Positions 16,301 through 25,523 of a stretch of 32,298 nt of DNA are shown here, one piece after another. Position 1 is the first letter of the stretch; each line of letters starts with the position of its first letter. The position numbers and the translations under genes were made by a program. The notes under the pieces were generated by a model that had not been told where the DNA came from, searched no databases, and saw only the letters and a program-made list of their open reading frames with translations. The DNA is from an uncultured Pirellulaceae bacterium. GTDB taxonomy: Bacteria; Planctomycetota; Planctomycetia; Pirellulales; Pirellulaceae. The stretch is taken from positions 1 to 32,298 of the forward strand of contig CAZSOG010000001.1 of NCBI GenBank assembly GCA_964607555.1, given 5' to 3'.

Positions 16301-19300
16301 GGTGACATACCCAGTCTGCGCTGCGCGATTTCGCGAATGCTGCAACCAACCACGACTTCGGCGTACTCGTCCTTCGGGAAATTCAGTTCCGCCAGGAATG
16401 CGTCGGCGCCCATGGCGGCGGGGATTACTTGAATCCGCATGGCCGCCCAGACGGAGGCAAGTGCGGGAGTCACCAAACCACGGTCCCAAGGGCCCCAGTT
16501 AATCGCGACGACCCGAGCGGGCCAGCGTGTATTGAGGTCATCCGCTAATTTGTTGAGGTACTCGTTGGCCGCGCAGTAGTCACATTGCCCCGGATTACCG
16601 AAACGCGCGGAGACCGACGAGAAGAAAACAAGAAACCGCAACGTTTCGACCCGCAAGTTCCGCGCGAGCACCTGCGCACCATCGATTTTTGTTCGGACGA
16701 CGTCGGTGATGGAGGACATCGTTTTGGATGAAATCAAACGATCATCGGTCACGCCCGCACCGTGAATAACGCCGTCAATGCGCCCATACTTGGCATAGAC
16801 CGCGTCGATCATGGCAGCGAACCGATCGGTATCGCGTACATCCACGGCATGGTACTCGACATCTGTTGCGTGCTGCTCAAGGTAACGCAGAGTCGCCTTC
16901 ACTTCCTGATCGGGAGTGGGACGCGGGGTACCCTTCCGGGTCCGTATCGCGTGGGTATGGTCGTCTGGAGGCAAGTCGTTGGGACGCGGGGATTCACTCG
17001 CGAGCGCGGACTCCTCCAACGATGTTCGACCAATCAAGATGAACCGGCAGTGGTATGTTTCCGCGATTCGTTTCACGACCTCGGCCGTTATCCCACGCGC
17101 GCCGCCGGTGGCCAGGATAACGGCGTTGCTATCGAGCAAGGTGGTCCGCCGCGCGTCGGAGTTCGGCGATGTCGGGCGCAGTTCCGGCGTCCAACGCCCG
17201 TGTTGTGTCAGTCCGACTTCCGTCGATGTATCCCCCGCCATCAGCTCCCTCAAAATGGAATCCATGAGCCACTGGGGGTCTGGATCAGGTTCCACATCGA
17301 TGTTCTTGACCAGCGTTCCCGGCCATTCGCAACCGACGCTTTTCATCAGACCGACCGAGACTGCCTGGGCAAGCGGCAGGTCGCGGCCGCCACCAATTCC
17401 AAGTTTTCCGCCCAGCGATGTGACATTGATCAGTTTGCCGCCACCTTGCGCCAGACTCCCGCGCAACTCGGACTCAAATTCGCGCAGTAGATGATACTGA
17501 CTTGCCATGAGATCGAGGGCCACGCCGGTATCATTCATGCCGGCGGTCGAGAACGGCTTGGACAAGGGCAGCAGGTTCAGCAGGCCGGCGATCTGAACTC
17601 TCTCGTCCCGCAACAAGCGATGTAGATGGGAAATCGATTCCGCCGAGGAAACGTCCGCCACGAATTGACTCGGCGCGATACGGCCCGTGTCATCGCCCGC
17701 GACGACATGGCACAATTTCGGTCCCGTGCCTCCAACGCTCGCCGACCACGCCATCGCCGCGTCCGATATCCGTCCGATCACAAGCAACGCATGGTCGCGG
17801 GGCCACCGCCACGCGGCGTTGTCCCCATGCTCCAACGGAGCCTCCACGGCCTGGACCACCAGTCGCTCGATTGGATCAACCGCCGTTGCCGCGCGATCCT
17901 CAAGAAGTCGTTGCGGTTCCCGGGCTTGTGATGGAACCTCCATGGCCTCGATGCGTTCGGTCTCGGACCCCGTACCGTGCCGATTCGTTCCAGCGTTCGC
18001 GATATAACGCGCACGCTCTTCCGCGTAGGCCTCCACGATATCGTGGATGGTCTTAAGATTCGTAAAAGTCATCAGCAATTCTTCATCACTGCGATCTTGA
18101 CGCATCATGAAGGAGCAATAATCAGTGAGCCCCGAGAAGATTTCGATCCGCTTGATTGAGTCTATGCCAAGGTCTGCTTCCATCAAAAGAGTTTCATCGA
18201 GCGTGTCTTCCGTATAGCCGGTCCGGTCGCTGATGAGGTCCAGGAGGACCCGGCGGAAACCTTCGACAGAGAGGATCGAGGACGGCGCGCCGCCCGTTGC
18301 TTCCCGGGAGACTTTAGTAGCTTCCAGCATTGATCCTGGGGCGTTTCCGGGGGCTGGGGATGCCTGGTTTCCATTGGGTGTTTTGCCATCTGGCACGGTC
18401 GACTGGATCGGTGGTAGCGTTGGCGCGGGTGGGACACGCAGCGGCATGAGTTGCTCTGGCGTCTTCGCCACGGTCGCTGCCGGATTGTGCCGCGCCGAAC
18501 CATTTCCATCCTGCAGGTAATCGAGATATCGTTCCTGCAATCGTAGAAACTGCTGGTGCGTTTCCTGTTGGCTTTGCTGCAGTTCAAGCCAGCACGCAAG
18601 ATTCTCTTGAATGGGATCCCCCGGTGTCCCCGCATGTGCCCAGCCGCCGCCGCGGACCGGAGACATCGGTTCGCTTATCGACGCATCGTTGGAAGCGGCG
18701 TTCGCGGACGGAACATTGCCGAAGTCGGCTTTCGATGGCGCTTCCATGTCTTCGGTCAATCCCGAGATCTCTCCGGCGCGACGTTCGATTCGTGATGGCT
18801 TGGATGCGTTGGGTTCTTGTTCAGCATTCATTTTGTGTCTCGATCGTTGCGGTGTTCCGTCGTCTGTATCGACCGTCACGGGCAGCGCCGAACGGTCGCT
18901 CGCCGCGCGCTCGCGCGGTACCTGCCGGCGCGCTCGCGCTCCGGAGAGTATCCAATGGGACTTGTTCGGCGCGTTGTTCAAGCGATCCAGGGCGATCGCT
19001 TCCTCAACCGACTGAATCGTGGGCGTGCGGTCGGCAAACCACGGTTCACAACGAACCGGAAGGCCAATCGCGAACGACTGCGCCAGAAGATGTGCCAATT
19101 GCGTGACGCCGTGTCGGCCGTCGATATCCAGAGCGAGTGTTTCGCAAGACGTGTCGTTCACGATATGACGAACGAAACTCGTCAACGTGGTGCCCGGTCC
19201 GACTTCGATGAAGACGCGTCCGCCGGCAGCCCAGATCGTGCGAACCTCTTCCGTGAAACGCACTCGTTCGGTCAATTGGCGGACCATCAGGGAACGGATA

Positions 19301-22300
19301 TCGCGGGCCCGATCCGGAAAGCGCGCCGCGGTAACGTTGCTAAAAATGGGAATCGATGGTGGCCGAATGTCAACGCGATTCATGTGGCCGGCGAACTCAT
19401 CTGCCGCCGGTTTGAGTTCAGTGGTGTGAAACGCCGCGGTCACGGCGAGTCGCCGCGCTCGGAGTCCAAGATCGGAGAACTTTCGCACGGCCTCGTCCAT
19501 GAGTTTCAAAGGCCCGCCGATCACGGTCTGGTTCGGCGTGTTCGCGTTGGCGATGGACAGCGGCGATCGCCACTGGCGCAGGTGTTCGCTGACCGTTTCT
19601 TCGCCGGCCATGACGACGGCCAAACCTCCCTTGCTCGATCGCGTCGTGTTGGCGACGATCGTGCCGCGTAACGCGGATAGCTCGACCGTTTGCCGGCGAG
19701 TGATGCACCCGGCCGCGTGCAATGCGACGAGTTCACCATAGCTGTGTCCCGCGACGACACCAGGACTCAAACCAAACCGGCGCAGCAGGTCGAGCGCGAA
19801 GAGGCAGGCCACACCCAACGCCGGTTGCGCCACCGTGGTCTCGTTCAGCGCATCCTGCTGTCGACGGCGGCTCGGTTCATCAAATGCGGGGATCGGAAAA
19901 ATGTAATCTGACAGTGGCCGGTGCAACGACCGGCGGAGCCACTGATCCGCGTCCGTGAAGAGCGTCAGGCCGGCTGGATACTGGAGCAGCAGGTCGCGCA
20001 GCATATTGCAACGCTGGGACCCCTGCCCAGGAAACAGGAAGCAGACGTCACGCTCGTTTACGGGTGGTGCTTCGCGATAATTCACGCCGTTGGATCGTGG
20101 TGGTACCGCCTCGCGCGATAAGCTGTCCAGCACAACCGTGATCTTTGTCCGCAAATCATCGACGTTTTCGGCGACGATTGCCAAACGGCATGTGCGTCGT
20201 TCGAGTTCCTTCGATGCGCGGTTCATCTCGCGATACAAACCGAGGGCCAGCGGTCCGATGTCCGGGTCTCGCCATTCGGCCACCCGCGTTTGAAACCGTC
20301 GTAGCGCCTCGACCAGCGGCGCGCGTTCGGCGGCAATCCAGAAGAACAGCTCGGTAGTCACCAGGCGTGGAGTGACGATCTGCGCGCCACAACCGTTGTC
20401 CTGGTACTCTTCCAGGACGGCATGGAAATTTGTTCCCCCGAAACCGAAGGCACTTACCGCGGCACGGCGCGGATGGTCGGCAGATCCGTGGATCCAGGGC
20501 CGCGGTTCCGTGTTGATACAGAGCGGCCCGTTCGAAAAATCAACGTGGCGATTCGGCACGGTGACATTGCCGGTTGGCGGTAGTGTTTTATGTTTGAGGG
20601 CAAGACAAGTCTTGATCAAACTGGCTAGTCCGGCCGCCGTTTTCGCGTGCCCAATCATCGATTTGACCGACCCGACGGCACAACGATTCTGGTCGGGACG
20701 CCGGTCAGTCATGATGGCAGCCAGTGCCTCGGCTTCGACGCGATCGCCGAGTGCCGTGCCGGTTCCGTGTGCCTCGACCAATCCGATGGTGGCCGGATCA
20801 ACGGCAGCATTCGCATACGCGCGCCGGAGGGTCTCGATCTGACCCGCGAGATCGGGGGCGGTCAGACTGCGGTTGCGCCCATCGCTGGCGGTGCCGATCC
20901 CACGGATCACGGCATGGATTTGATCTCCGTCGCGTTCGGCATCGGCGAGGCGCTTGAGCACGACCGCGCCAACGCCTTCCCCCAAGACGATTCCGTCCGC
21001 GGTATCGTCAAATGGGCACGGCTTTCCCCGAGGCGACAACGCAAACACCTTCGCAAAACTCATGAACTCGACTGGACTGTTCGTCGCGTCCGCGGCGCCG
21101 ACCAGCGCCGCGTCACAGGTTCCTGAGCGAAGCTGTTCGACGGCAATATGCAAGGCGGCAAGCGAGGCGGCGCAGGCCGCGTCCACGACAAAATTCGGTC
21201 CGCGTAAATCAAAGTGGTTCGAGACGCGACCGGCGACCATATTGTTCAGGAACCCGGGTAGCGAATCCTCCGTCCATGTCGGTAGCAGCCGATCGAGCGC
21301 GCGGATCACGCGGTCTTGCGTGTCGCATGGCAACGAATCGGATGCCCGCAGGTACTGCCGCAGCATGGTACGGAACCCGTACGCCATGCCCAGGTTGTGT
21401 GGCCCGCTGACCGCGAAGATCACGGACGTACGATCGCGGGGAAAGGGTCGATCGAAATACCCCGCATCCCGCAGTGCCATGCCGGCCACGTCGAGGGCAA
21501 TCAGTTGCACCGGCTCGATACTCAACATGCTCGCCGGCGGGATCCCATATGCCAACGGATTGAAAACGACTTCGTCCAGGAATGCACCCCACTTCGAGTA
21601 ACATTTGTCACGGTCGAAACGATCGGTGGTGAAGAACAGATCCCCATCCCAGCGCTCGGCCGGTATCTCGCGCACGGCGTTGAATTTGGCCAATATGTTG
21701 CGCCAATACTCGGCGGTACCACGGCATTCGGGGAACCGGCACGCCATCCCAATCACTGCCAGCGGTTCTGATTCGAGCATGCGACGCGTCGGTCGATGCG
21801 TGGCCGGCCGCAAGGAGGCGGTGCGTTTGGCGAACTGCTCGATCAGTTCACCGCTGGCTTCGCTGATCGTCTGATGCAGCTGTGCGATTGTTTGCGGTTC
21901 GCGCATGAGGGTTGCCGCGTCCCCGATCATGAACATGCCTTGTTCATGTTGCTGCTGACGTGCGACCGGAACCAGTGTGGGGTCGGGGTCGTCAGGCGTG
22001 TTGTCCTGGCGCGCAAGTCCTTTCGATGCCAGGCGTAACCGTCCCAAACAGAGCAATTCCAATTCCATCCGGATCTCATCCGCTGATTTTCCAGCTTGCA
22101 GCAGAGTGCGTCTTTGGGACTCGAATTCCTCCGCGAACGGCGTCTTGACGCAGCGCGAGGCGTGGCCGATCCCGGACTGCAACAGAACCGTTTCACTGCA
22201 ACGTAGCACTTGTTGCTGATAATCCGCCGTGATTGCACCGGTCGCCACGGCCTCCTCGGTTCCGATGTAGGCGCTGCCGAGCACGACCCCGACGTGCATG

Positions 22301-23889
22301 CCATGTTGAATCAATGGCGTGGCAACCAACGACACCATGGCAGCCGACAGGGCGTCATGAATCCCGCCGGCAAACAAGATTTCATATTCCGCCGGTTCCT
22401 TGATCTTCGCCTTCAAGAGGACATCAACAGCCGACGCCCACAACGCAAAACTACTGCGCGGCCCAACGTGGCCACCGCATTCGCGACCTTCCAAGACGAT
22501 ATGACGAACTCCCTGTTTGATCATCGCGTTCAGAATGCCGGGTGACGGCGCGTGGACATAGGTCTTGATCCCATGCTGCTGGAGTTTCGTGACCTGATCC
22601 GGCCTGCCGCCGGCCAGCAAGGCAAATGGTGGCCGCAACTCACGCACAACTTGCATCTGTGCGGACAAATATTCCGGCGGCAAGAATGCCAAGAGCCCCA
22701 CGCCCCATGGTTGTCCCTCCAGCCGCCTACGCGTTGCCCGCAGCAGGGTTTCGATCTCCGGCCGCTTCATCATGCCAAGGGCAAGAAACGGCAAGGCGCC
22801 GCCGCCGGCCACCGCGGCGCAAAACTCGGCACCGTCGCTCACACGGGTCATCGGTCCTTGAACGATTGGATAACGCGTTCCATTTCGTCGGGCCAGTGGC
22901 GCGGAGGGCGCCAACGGCAGGTGCCGTCGCGCCGCCACGGGCGTCTCGGCCAGCGCCGTCCGGTAGCGTTGAATAACGTGCCCGACCGTAATGCATTCGC
23001 GCGCCAATGAAGCGCTGAACGCGATATCTTGACCGGCAGGGAGCAGCGTCGGCCCTCTGGATCCCGCGTCTTGGGTCGCTGCCGACAATTGCATGCGCGC
23101 GAGCTCCGTGGACCAGTCGCCACCCAGGTCGCACGTGCGTCGGAGCTCGTTCAGTGCAGCTCGATTATGCCGCGCGAAGAACCGGTACGTACGATCCGCG
23201 TTCCCGATGTGCGTTGTCTCACTGCCATCGCACCGCGACAATGCCTGGATGTCGCGCGCCGCCAAAGGCGACTCGCGCGTAAGCCATAATTGTTCGCATA
23301 AGAGAACTCCCGTCGCGCCGGCCAATGTGGCAGCCGGTGCCGTGCACGGGTGTATTCCACCACGAATCCAATAGGGAATAGTCAGCATGCCGTGAACATG
23401 TTGCAGCAACATGAACGACGAGTGGTTGCCAACGCGTCCACCGGATTCGTTTCCTTTCAGCACGAGGCCGTCGAACCCGGCCGACTGCGCCAACAGTGCG
23501 TCGGTCGGACTGTAGGCCTCGACAAACACACGCTTGGCCACGTAACGTGCTCCGGTCAGAATCTCGGCGAGTGGTTGCCGGCGAAAGTCGATGCCCCCAA
23601 GTAATAGCACCGGCCAACGCGTCGTGGTCAAACCGCGCAAGCAACGTGGTGACCGGTCCCGTTGCTCGAGCATGTCCCAGTACGTACCCCACTCACCTCG
23701 ATCGCGCGCGGCGTGCGATAGTCGATCGATGGTTGCCTGCCTGACCGCACGAGAGGCGGCGAAGCCGAGATCGACCAACGCGACCGCACCCGCGCGCACA
23801 GCGGCAATCGCCAATCGCGCATCGCATACATGCGGCTGCGTAACAACCAACACAGGTTCGTTCAGACACGCTTGTTCGCCTTGGGCCAT
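16297..23889 (-). CDS. Iterative type I PKS subunit 1: NMO/ER-like (degenerate) - NMO/ER - KS - AT - ACP - KR (2530 aa)
   Basis: All positions here are aa numbers.
- Divergent NMO/TIM-barrel-like domain, aa 10-300: 'GFDGLVLKGNESGGRVG'.
- Canonical FabK/PfaD-type NMO/ER, aa 335-600: 'YPIVQGPMTRVSDG', 'LEGRECGGHVG'.
- KS, aa 707-1160: 'VVDAACAASL' (Cys906), 'EAHGTGT', 'GSVKSMIGH'.
- AT, aa 1283-1600: 'FPGQGSQ', 'GHSYGE', 'AAFHT'.
- Low-complexity linker, aa 1640-1870.
- ACP, about aa 1875-1950: 'DLGIDSIKRIE' (Ser1911).
- KR, aa 2020-2490: 'ILATGGARGIT', 'GQCDYCAAN'. Confidence 0.95.
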   Translation of the reverse strand: MAQGEQACLNEPVLVVTQPHVCDARLAIAAVRAGAVALVDLGFAASRAVRQATIDRLSHAARDRGEWGTYWDMLEQRDRSPRCLRGLTTTRWPVLLLGGIDFRRQPLAEILTGARYVAKRVFVEAYSPTDALLAQSAGFDGLVLKGNESGGRVGNHSSFMLLQHVHGMLTIPYWIRGGIHPCTAPAATLAGATGVLLCEQLWLTRESPLAARDIQALSRCDGSETTHIGNADRTYRFFARHNRAALNELRRTCDLGGDWSTELARMQLSAATQDAGSRGPTLLPAGQDIAFSASLARECITVGHVIQRYRTALAETPVAARRHLPLAPSAPLARRNGTRYPIVQGPMTRVSDGAEFCAAVAGGGALPFLALGMMKRPEIETLLRATRRRLEGQPWGVGLLAFLPPEYLSAQMQVVRELRPPFALLAGGRPDQVTKLQQHGIKTYVHAPSPGILNAMIKQGVRHIVLEGRECGGHVGPRSSFALWASAVDVLLKAKIKEPAEYEILFAGGIHDALSAAMVSLVATPLIQHGMHVGVVLGSAYIGTEEAVATGAITADYQQQVLRCSETVLLQSGIGHASRCVKTPFAEEFESQRRTLLQAGKSADEIRMELELLCLGRLRLASKGLARQDNTPDDPDPTLVPVARQQQHEQGMFMIGDAATLMREPQTIAQLHQTISEASGELIEQFAKRTASLRPATHRPTRRMLESEPLAVIGMACRFPECRGTAEYWRNILAKFNAVREIPAERWDGDLFFTTDRFDRDKCYSKWGAFLDEVVFNPLAYGIPPASMLSIEPVQLIALDVAGMALRDAGYFDRPFPRDRTSVIFAVSGPHNLGMAYGFRTMLRQYLRASDSLPCDTQDRVIRALDRLLPTWTEDSLPGFLNNMVAGRVSNHFDLRGPNFVVDAACAASLAALHIAVEQLRSGTCDAALVGAADATNSPVEFMSFAKVFALSPRGKPCPFDDTADGIVLGEGVGAVVLKRLADAERDGDQIHAVIRGIGTASDGRNRSLTAPDLAGQIETLRRAYANAAVDPATIGLVEAHGTGTALGDRVEAEALAAIMTDRRPDQNRCAVGSVKSMIGHAKTAAGLASLIKTCLALKHKTLPPTGNVTVPNRHVDFSNGPLCINTEPRPWIHGSADHPRRAAVSAFGFGGTNFHAVLEEYQDNGCGAQIVTPRLVTTELFFWIAAERAPLVEALRRFQTRVAEWRDPDIGPLALGLYREMNRASKELERRTCRLAIVAENVDDLRTKITVVLDSLSREAVPPRSNGVNYREAPPVNERDVCFLFPGQGSQRCNMLRDLLLQYPAGLTLFTDADQWLRRSLHRPLSDYIFPIPAFDEPSRRRQQDALNETTVAQPALGVACLFALDLLRRFGLSPGVVAGHSYGELVALHAAGCITRRQTVELSALRGTIVANTTRSSKGGLAVVMAGEETVSEHLRQWRSPLSIANANTPNQTVIGGPLKLMDEAVRKFSDLGLRARRLAVTAAFHTTELKPAADEFAGHMNRVDIRPPSIPIFSNVTAARFPDRARDIRSLMVRQLTERVRFTEEVRTIWAAGGRVFIEVGPGTTLTSFVRHIVNDTSCETLALDIDGRHGVTQLAHLLAQSFAIGLPVRCEPWFADRTPTIQSVEEAIALDRLNNAPNKSHWILSGARARRQVPRERAASDRSALPVTVDTDDGTPQRSRHKMNAEQEPNASKPSRIERRAGEISGLTEDMEAPSKADFGNVPSANAASNDASISEPMSPVRGGGWAHAGTPGDPIQENLACWLELQQSQQETHQQFLRLQERYLDYLQDGNGSARHNPAATVAKTPEQLMPLRVPPAPTLPPIQSTVPDGKTPNGNQASPAPGNAPGSMLEATKVSREATGGAPSSILSVEGFRRVLLDLISDRTGYTEDTLDETLLMEADLGIDSIKRIEIFSGLTDYCSFMMRQDRSDEELLMTFTNLKTIHDIVEAYAEERARYIANAGTNRHGTGSETERIEAMEVPSQAREPQRLLEDRAATAVDPIERLVVQAVEAPLEHGDNAAWRWPRDHALLVIGRISDAAMAWSASVGGTGPKLCHVVAGDDTGRIAPSQFVADVSSAESISHLHRLLRDERVQIAGLLNLLPLSKPFSTAGMNDTGVALDLMASQYHLLREFESELRGSLAQGGGKLINVTSLGGKLGIGGGRDLPLAQAVSVGLMKSVGCEWPGTLVKNIDVEPDPDPQWLMDSILRELMAGDTSTEVGLTQHGRWTPELRPTSPNSDARRTTLLDSNAVILATGGARGITAEVVKRIAETYHCRFILIGRTSLEESALASESPRPNDLPPDDHTHAIRTRKGTPRPTPDQEVKATLRYLEQHATDVEYHAVDVRDTDRFAAMIDAVYAKYGRIDGVIHGAGVTDDRLISSKTMSSITDVVRTKIDGAQVLARNLRVETLRFLVFFSSVSARFGNPGQCDYCAANEYLNKLADDLNTRWPARVVAINWGPWDRGLVTPALASVWAAMRIQVIPAAMGADAFLAELNFPKDEYAEVVVGCSIREIAQRRLGMSP

Positions 23890-23981
23890 GACACTGTTTG
23901 GTCCGATGAATAGTCCGGCACGCGACGACGACGCGGATAGCGCAAGAAGTGTGCGTGCCCGTTTGCAGGCCGGCTAGTGCC

Positions 23982-24011
23982 ATTCTAACTACTCTGCGGC
24001 CTGCTGGCGAA
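23982..24011 (-). promoter_or_regulatory. Weak sigma-70-like promoter candidate upstream of the PKS genes
   Basis: The minus strand reads TTCGCC (24011-24006), an 18-nt spacer, then TAGAAT (23987-23982), about 95 nt upstream of the PKS1 ATG. This is pattern matching only, and promoter consensus in this lineage is uncertain. Confidence 0.2.
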
Positions 24012-24119
24012 GTATTTTCGTGAGTGTTTACCGAACTTGTCCCAATATCTTGCCGCGCGGCCACACGATGGGCGTTGAGCGCGTCGAGGAAATGGGCAAC
24101 AGCTTGGTCATGCGCGCAT

Positions 24120-25523
24120 CTACAACAGATGGCGCGCCTTGATATTCAGATACTGGTTAACAAGCGGCGCCGTCATGTCCTCGGGAAAAACATCCAACAC
24201 GAGAACGCCCTGGTGTTCCAGATCGGTGAGCACCTGATGACGCCAGTTGAGGATCTGCGCGGCGGCCGCCGCGCGATACAAGTCGTTGCCCTGGAGATTT
24301 GAAGTTGCCGCGGCGTCGAACAACTGCCGGTCGCGCAGCAGGATACCGAGTGGCAGATGACGGCGCGTCTGCAGGGTGAGATACTGTTGGATTTGAAGAC
24401 TGTTCACTTCATCGATCACGTTGCTGATCAAAACAACGAGCGATCGTTTGCGACAATGGGTCGCAAGGTGCAGAAAGGCTAAGTCATAGCGCGATTCAAC
24501 CAATTGCGGGAAACGGTCGAATGACGCGTGCAGGAGGCGGTTCATTTGATCCATGCCACCGCGCGGCGGAACAAACGTGTGAATCCGGTCCGAAAAAGAG
24601 ATCAAGCCGACCGAATCGCCTTGCTGCAGCGCGACGTAGGCCAACATTAACATGGCGTTCAACGCGTGGTCCAGCAGACTTAGTCCGGACGCTTCGTTGT
24701 TCATCATCCGTCCGCAATCGAGCAGGAAGACGATCCGTTGACTCTGGCTGGTCTGGAACTGTTTGACCGTCAGCTTGTTGCGCCGTGCCGTTGCGCGCCA
24801 GTCGATATGCTTGTAATTGTCGTCCGGGCTATAGTCGCGCAGCCGCTCAAAATCATGATCTTGCCCGACTTTGCGACTGCGGCGCACACCCAGCAAGCTT
24901 AGCCGATTGGTACGTGCCAAGACGGCGTATTCAGCCAACTGCTTCATATCGGGATAGACGTGTACTATCGAGCGGCACGGGCGTTCGATAAGGCGCTTCC
25001 AGAACCCCCAACGGCTACGCACCTGCAGGTAGACGCATTCCAGCACGAAAGCCCCGCGCCGACCGGCGCGTAGTTGGTAATAGGTTTCGCGCCGACTGCG
25101 GGCCGGCAGGAGAAAGGAGAACTGTGGTGGCCGAGCGGTAAAAGGGTCGGGACAATCATCACGCATGTGGACAAGAAACGCGCGTCGCCCGCGGTTGCTG
25201 ACACGTAGCTCGACGCGTTGTGGCTTCCCCAATGAAGCGATGCGGCCAACATGCCGCTCAACGTCGAAAACATGTCCGAAAGGAAGTGTCACCAGGTCGA
25301 TCAAGGCGAGCCCGACGACGATCATGTCCACGATCAACACGAGGTGGAGCGTTTCGGGCGCGAAGACCAGGAGTAATGAGAAGAGGCACGGCACAAGCAA
25401 GCAGAGCAGCAACATGGTGTGTGGGTATATCCGCCGGCGCGCGATGAGCCACAGCGGAACGGCAGCCAGTGCCGTCAGCAAGAACAGGTGTAACATGATC
25501 TCGCTCAGTACGTTGTGGATCAC
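24120..25523 (-). CDS. DUF58 domain-containing protein (vWA-like MoxR partner) with N-terminal TM helices
   Basis: The hallmark DUF58 block is 'GQDHDFERLRDYSPDDNYKHIDWRATARRNKLTVKQFQ...IVFLLDCGRMM'. About 3 TM helices sit at the N-terminus. The GTG start forms a GTGA overlap with the MoxR stop at 25520-25523, and ATG 25496 is an alternative. Confidence 0.9.
   Translation of the reverse strand: MIHNVLSEIMLHLFLLTALAAVPLWLIARRRIYPHTMLLLCLLVPCLFSLLLVFAPETLHLVLIVDMIVVGLALIDLVTLPFGHVFDVERHVGRIASLGKPQRVELRVSNRGRRAFLVHMRDDCPDPFTARPPQFSFLLPARSRRETYYQLRAGRRGAFVLECVYLQVRSRWGFWKRLIERPCRSIVHVYPDMKQLAEYAVLARTNRLSLLGVRRSRKVGQDHDFERLRDYSPDDNYKHIDWRATARRNKLTVKQFQTSQSQRIVFLLDCGRMMNNEASGLSLLDHALNAMLMLAYVALQQGDSVGLISFSDRIHTFVPPRGGMDQMNRLLHASFDRFPQLVESRYDLAFLHLATHCRKRSLVVLISNVIDEVNSLQIQQYLTLQTRRHLPLGILLRDRQLFDAAATSNLQGNDLYRAAAAAQILNWRHQVLTDLEHQGVLVLDVFPEDMTAPLVNQYLNIKARHLL

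Noticed and set aside
16301-16489. 63-codon N-terminal extension of the PKS subunit-2 ORF.
   Set aside because: It lies entirely inside the KR-coding end of subunit 1 and is Arg/Gly-rich. The KS motif begins immediately after ATG 16300, which forms an ATGA overlap with the upstream stop.
16762-23010. Many 100-280-aa plus-strand ORFs antisense to the PKS genes (for example 16762..17490, 18817..19671, 20954..21601, 22552..23010).
   Set aside because: These are typical GC-rich shadow ORFs. They are Arg/Pro/Ala/Gly-rich, have no recognisable motifs, lack ribosome-binding sites, and are fully embedded in a strongly supported CDS.
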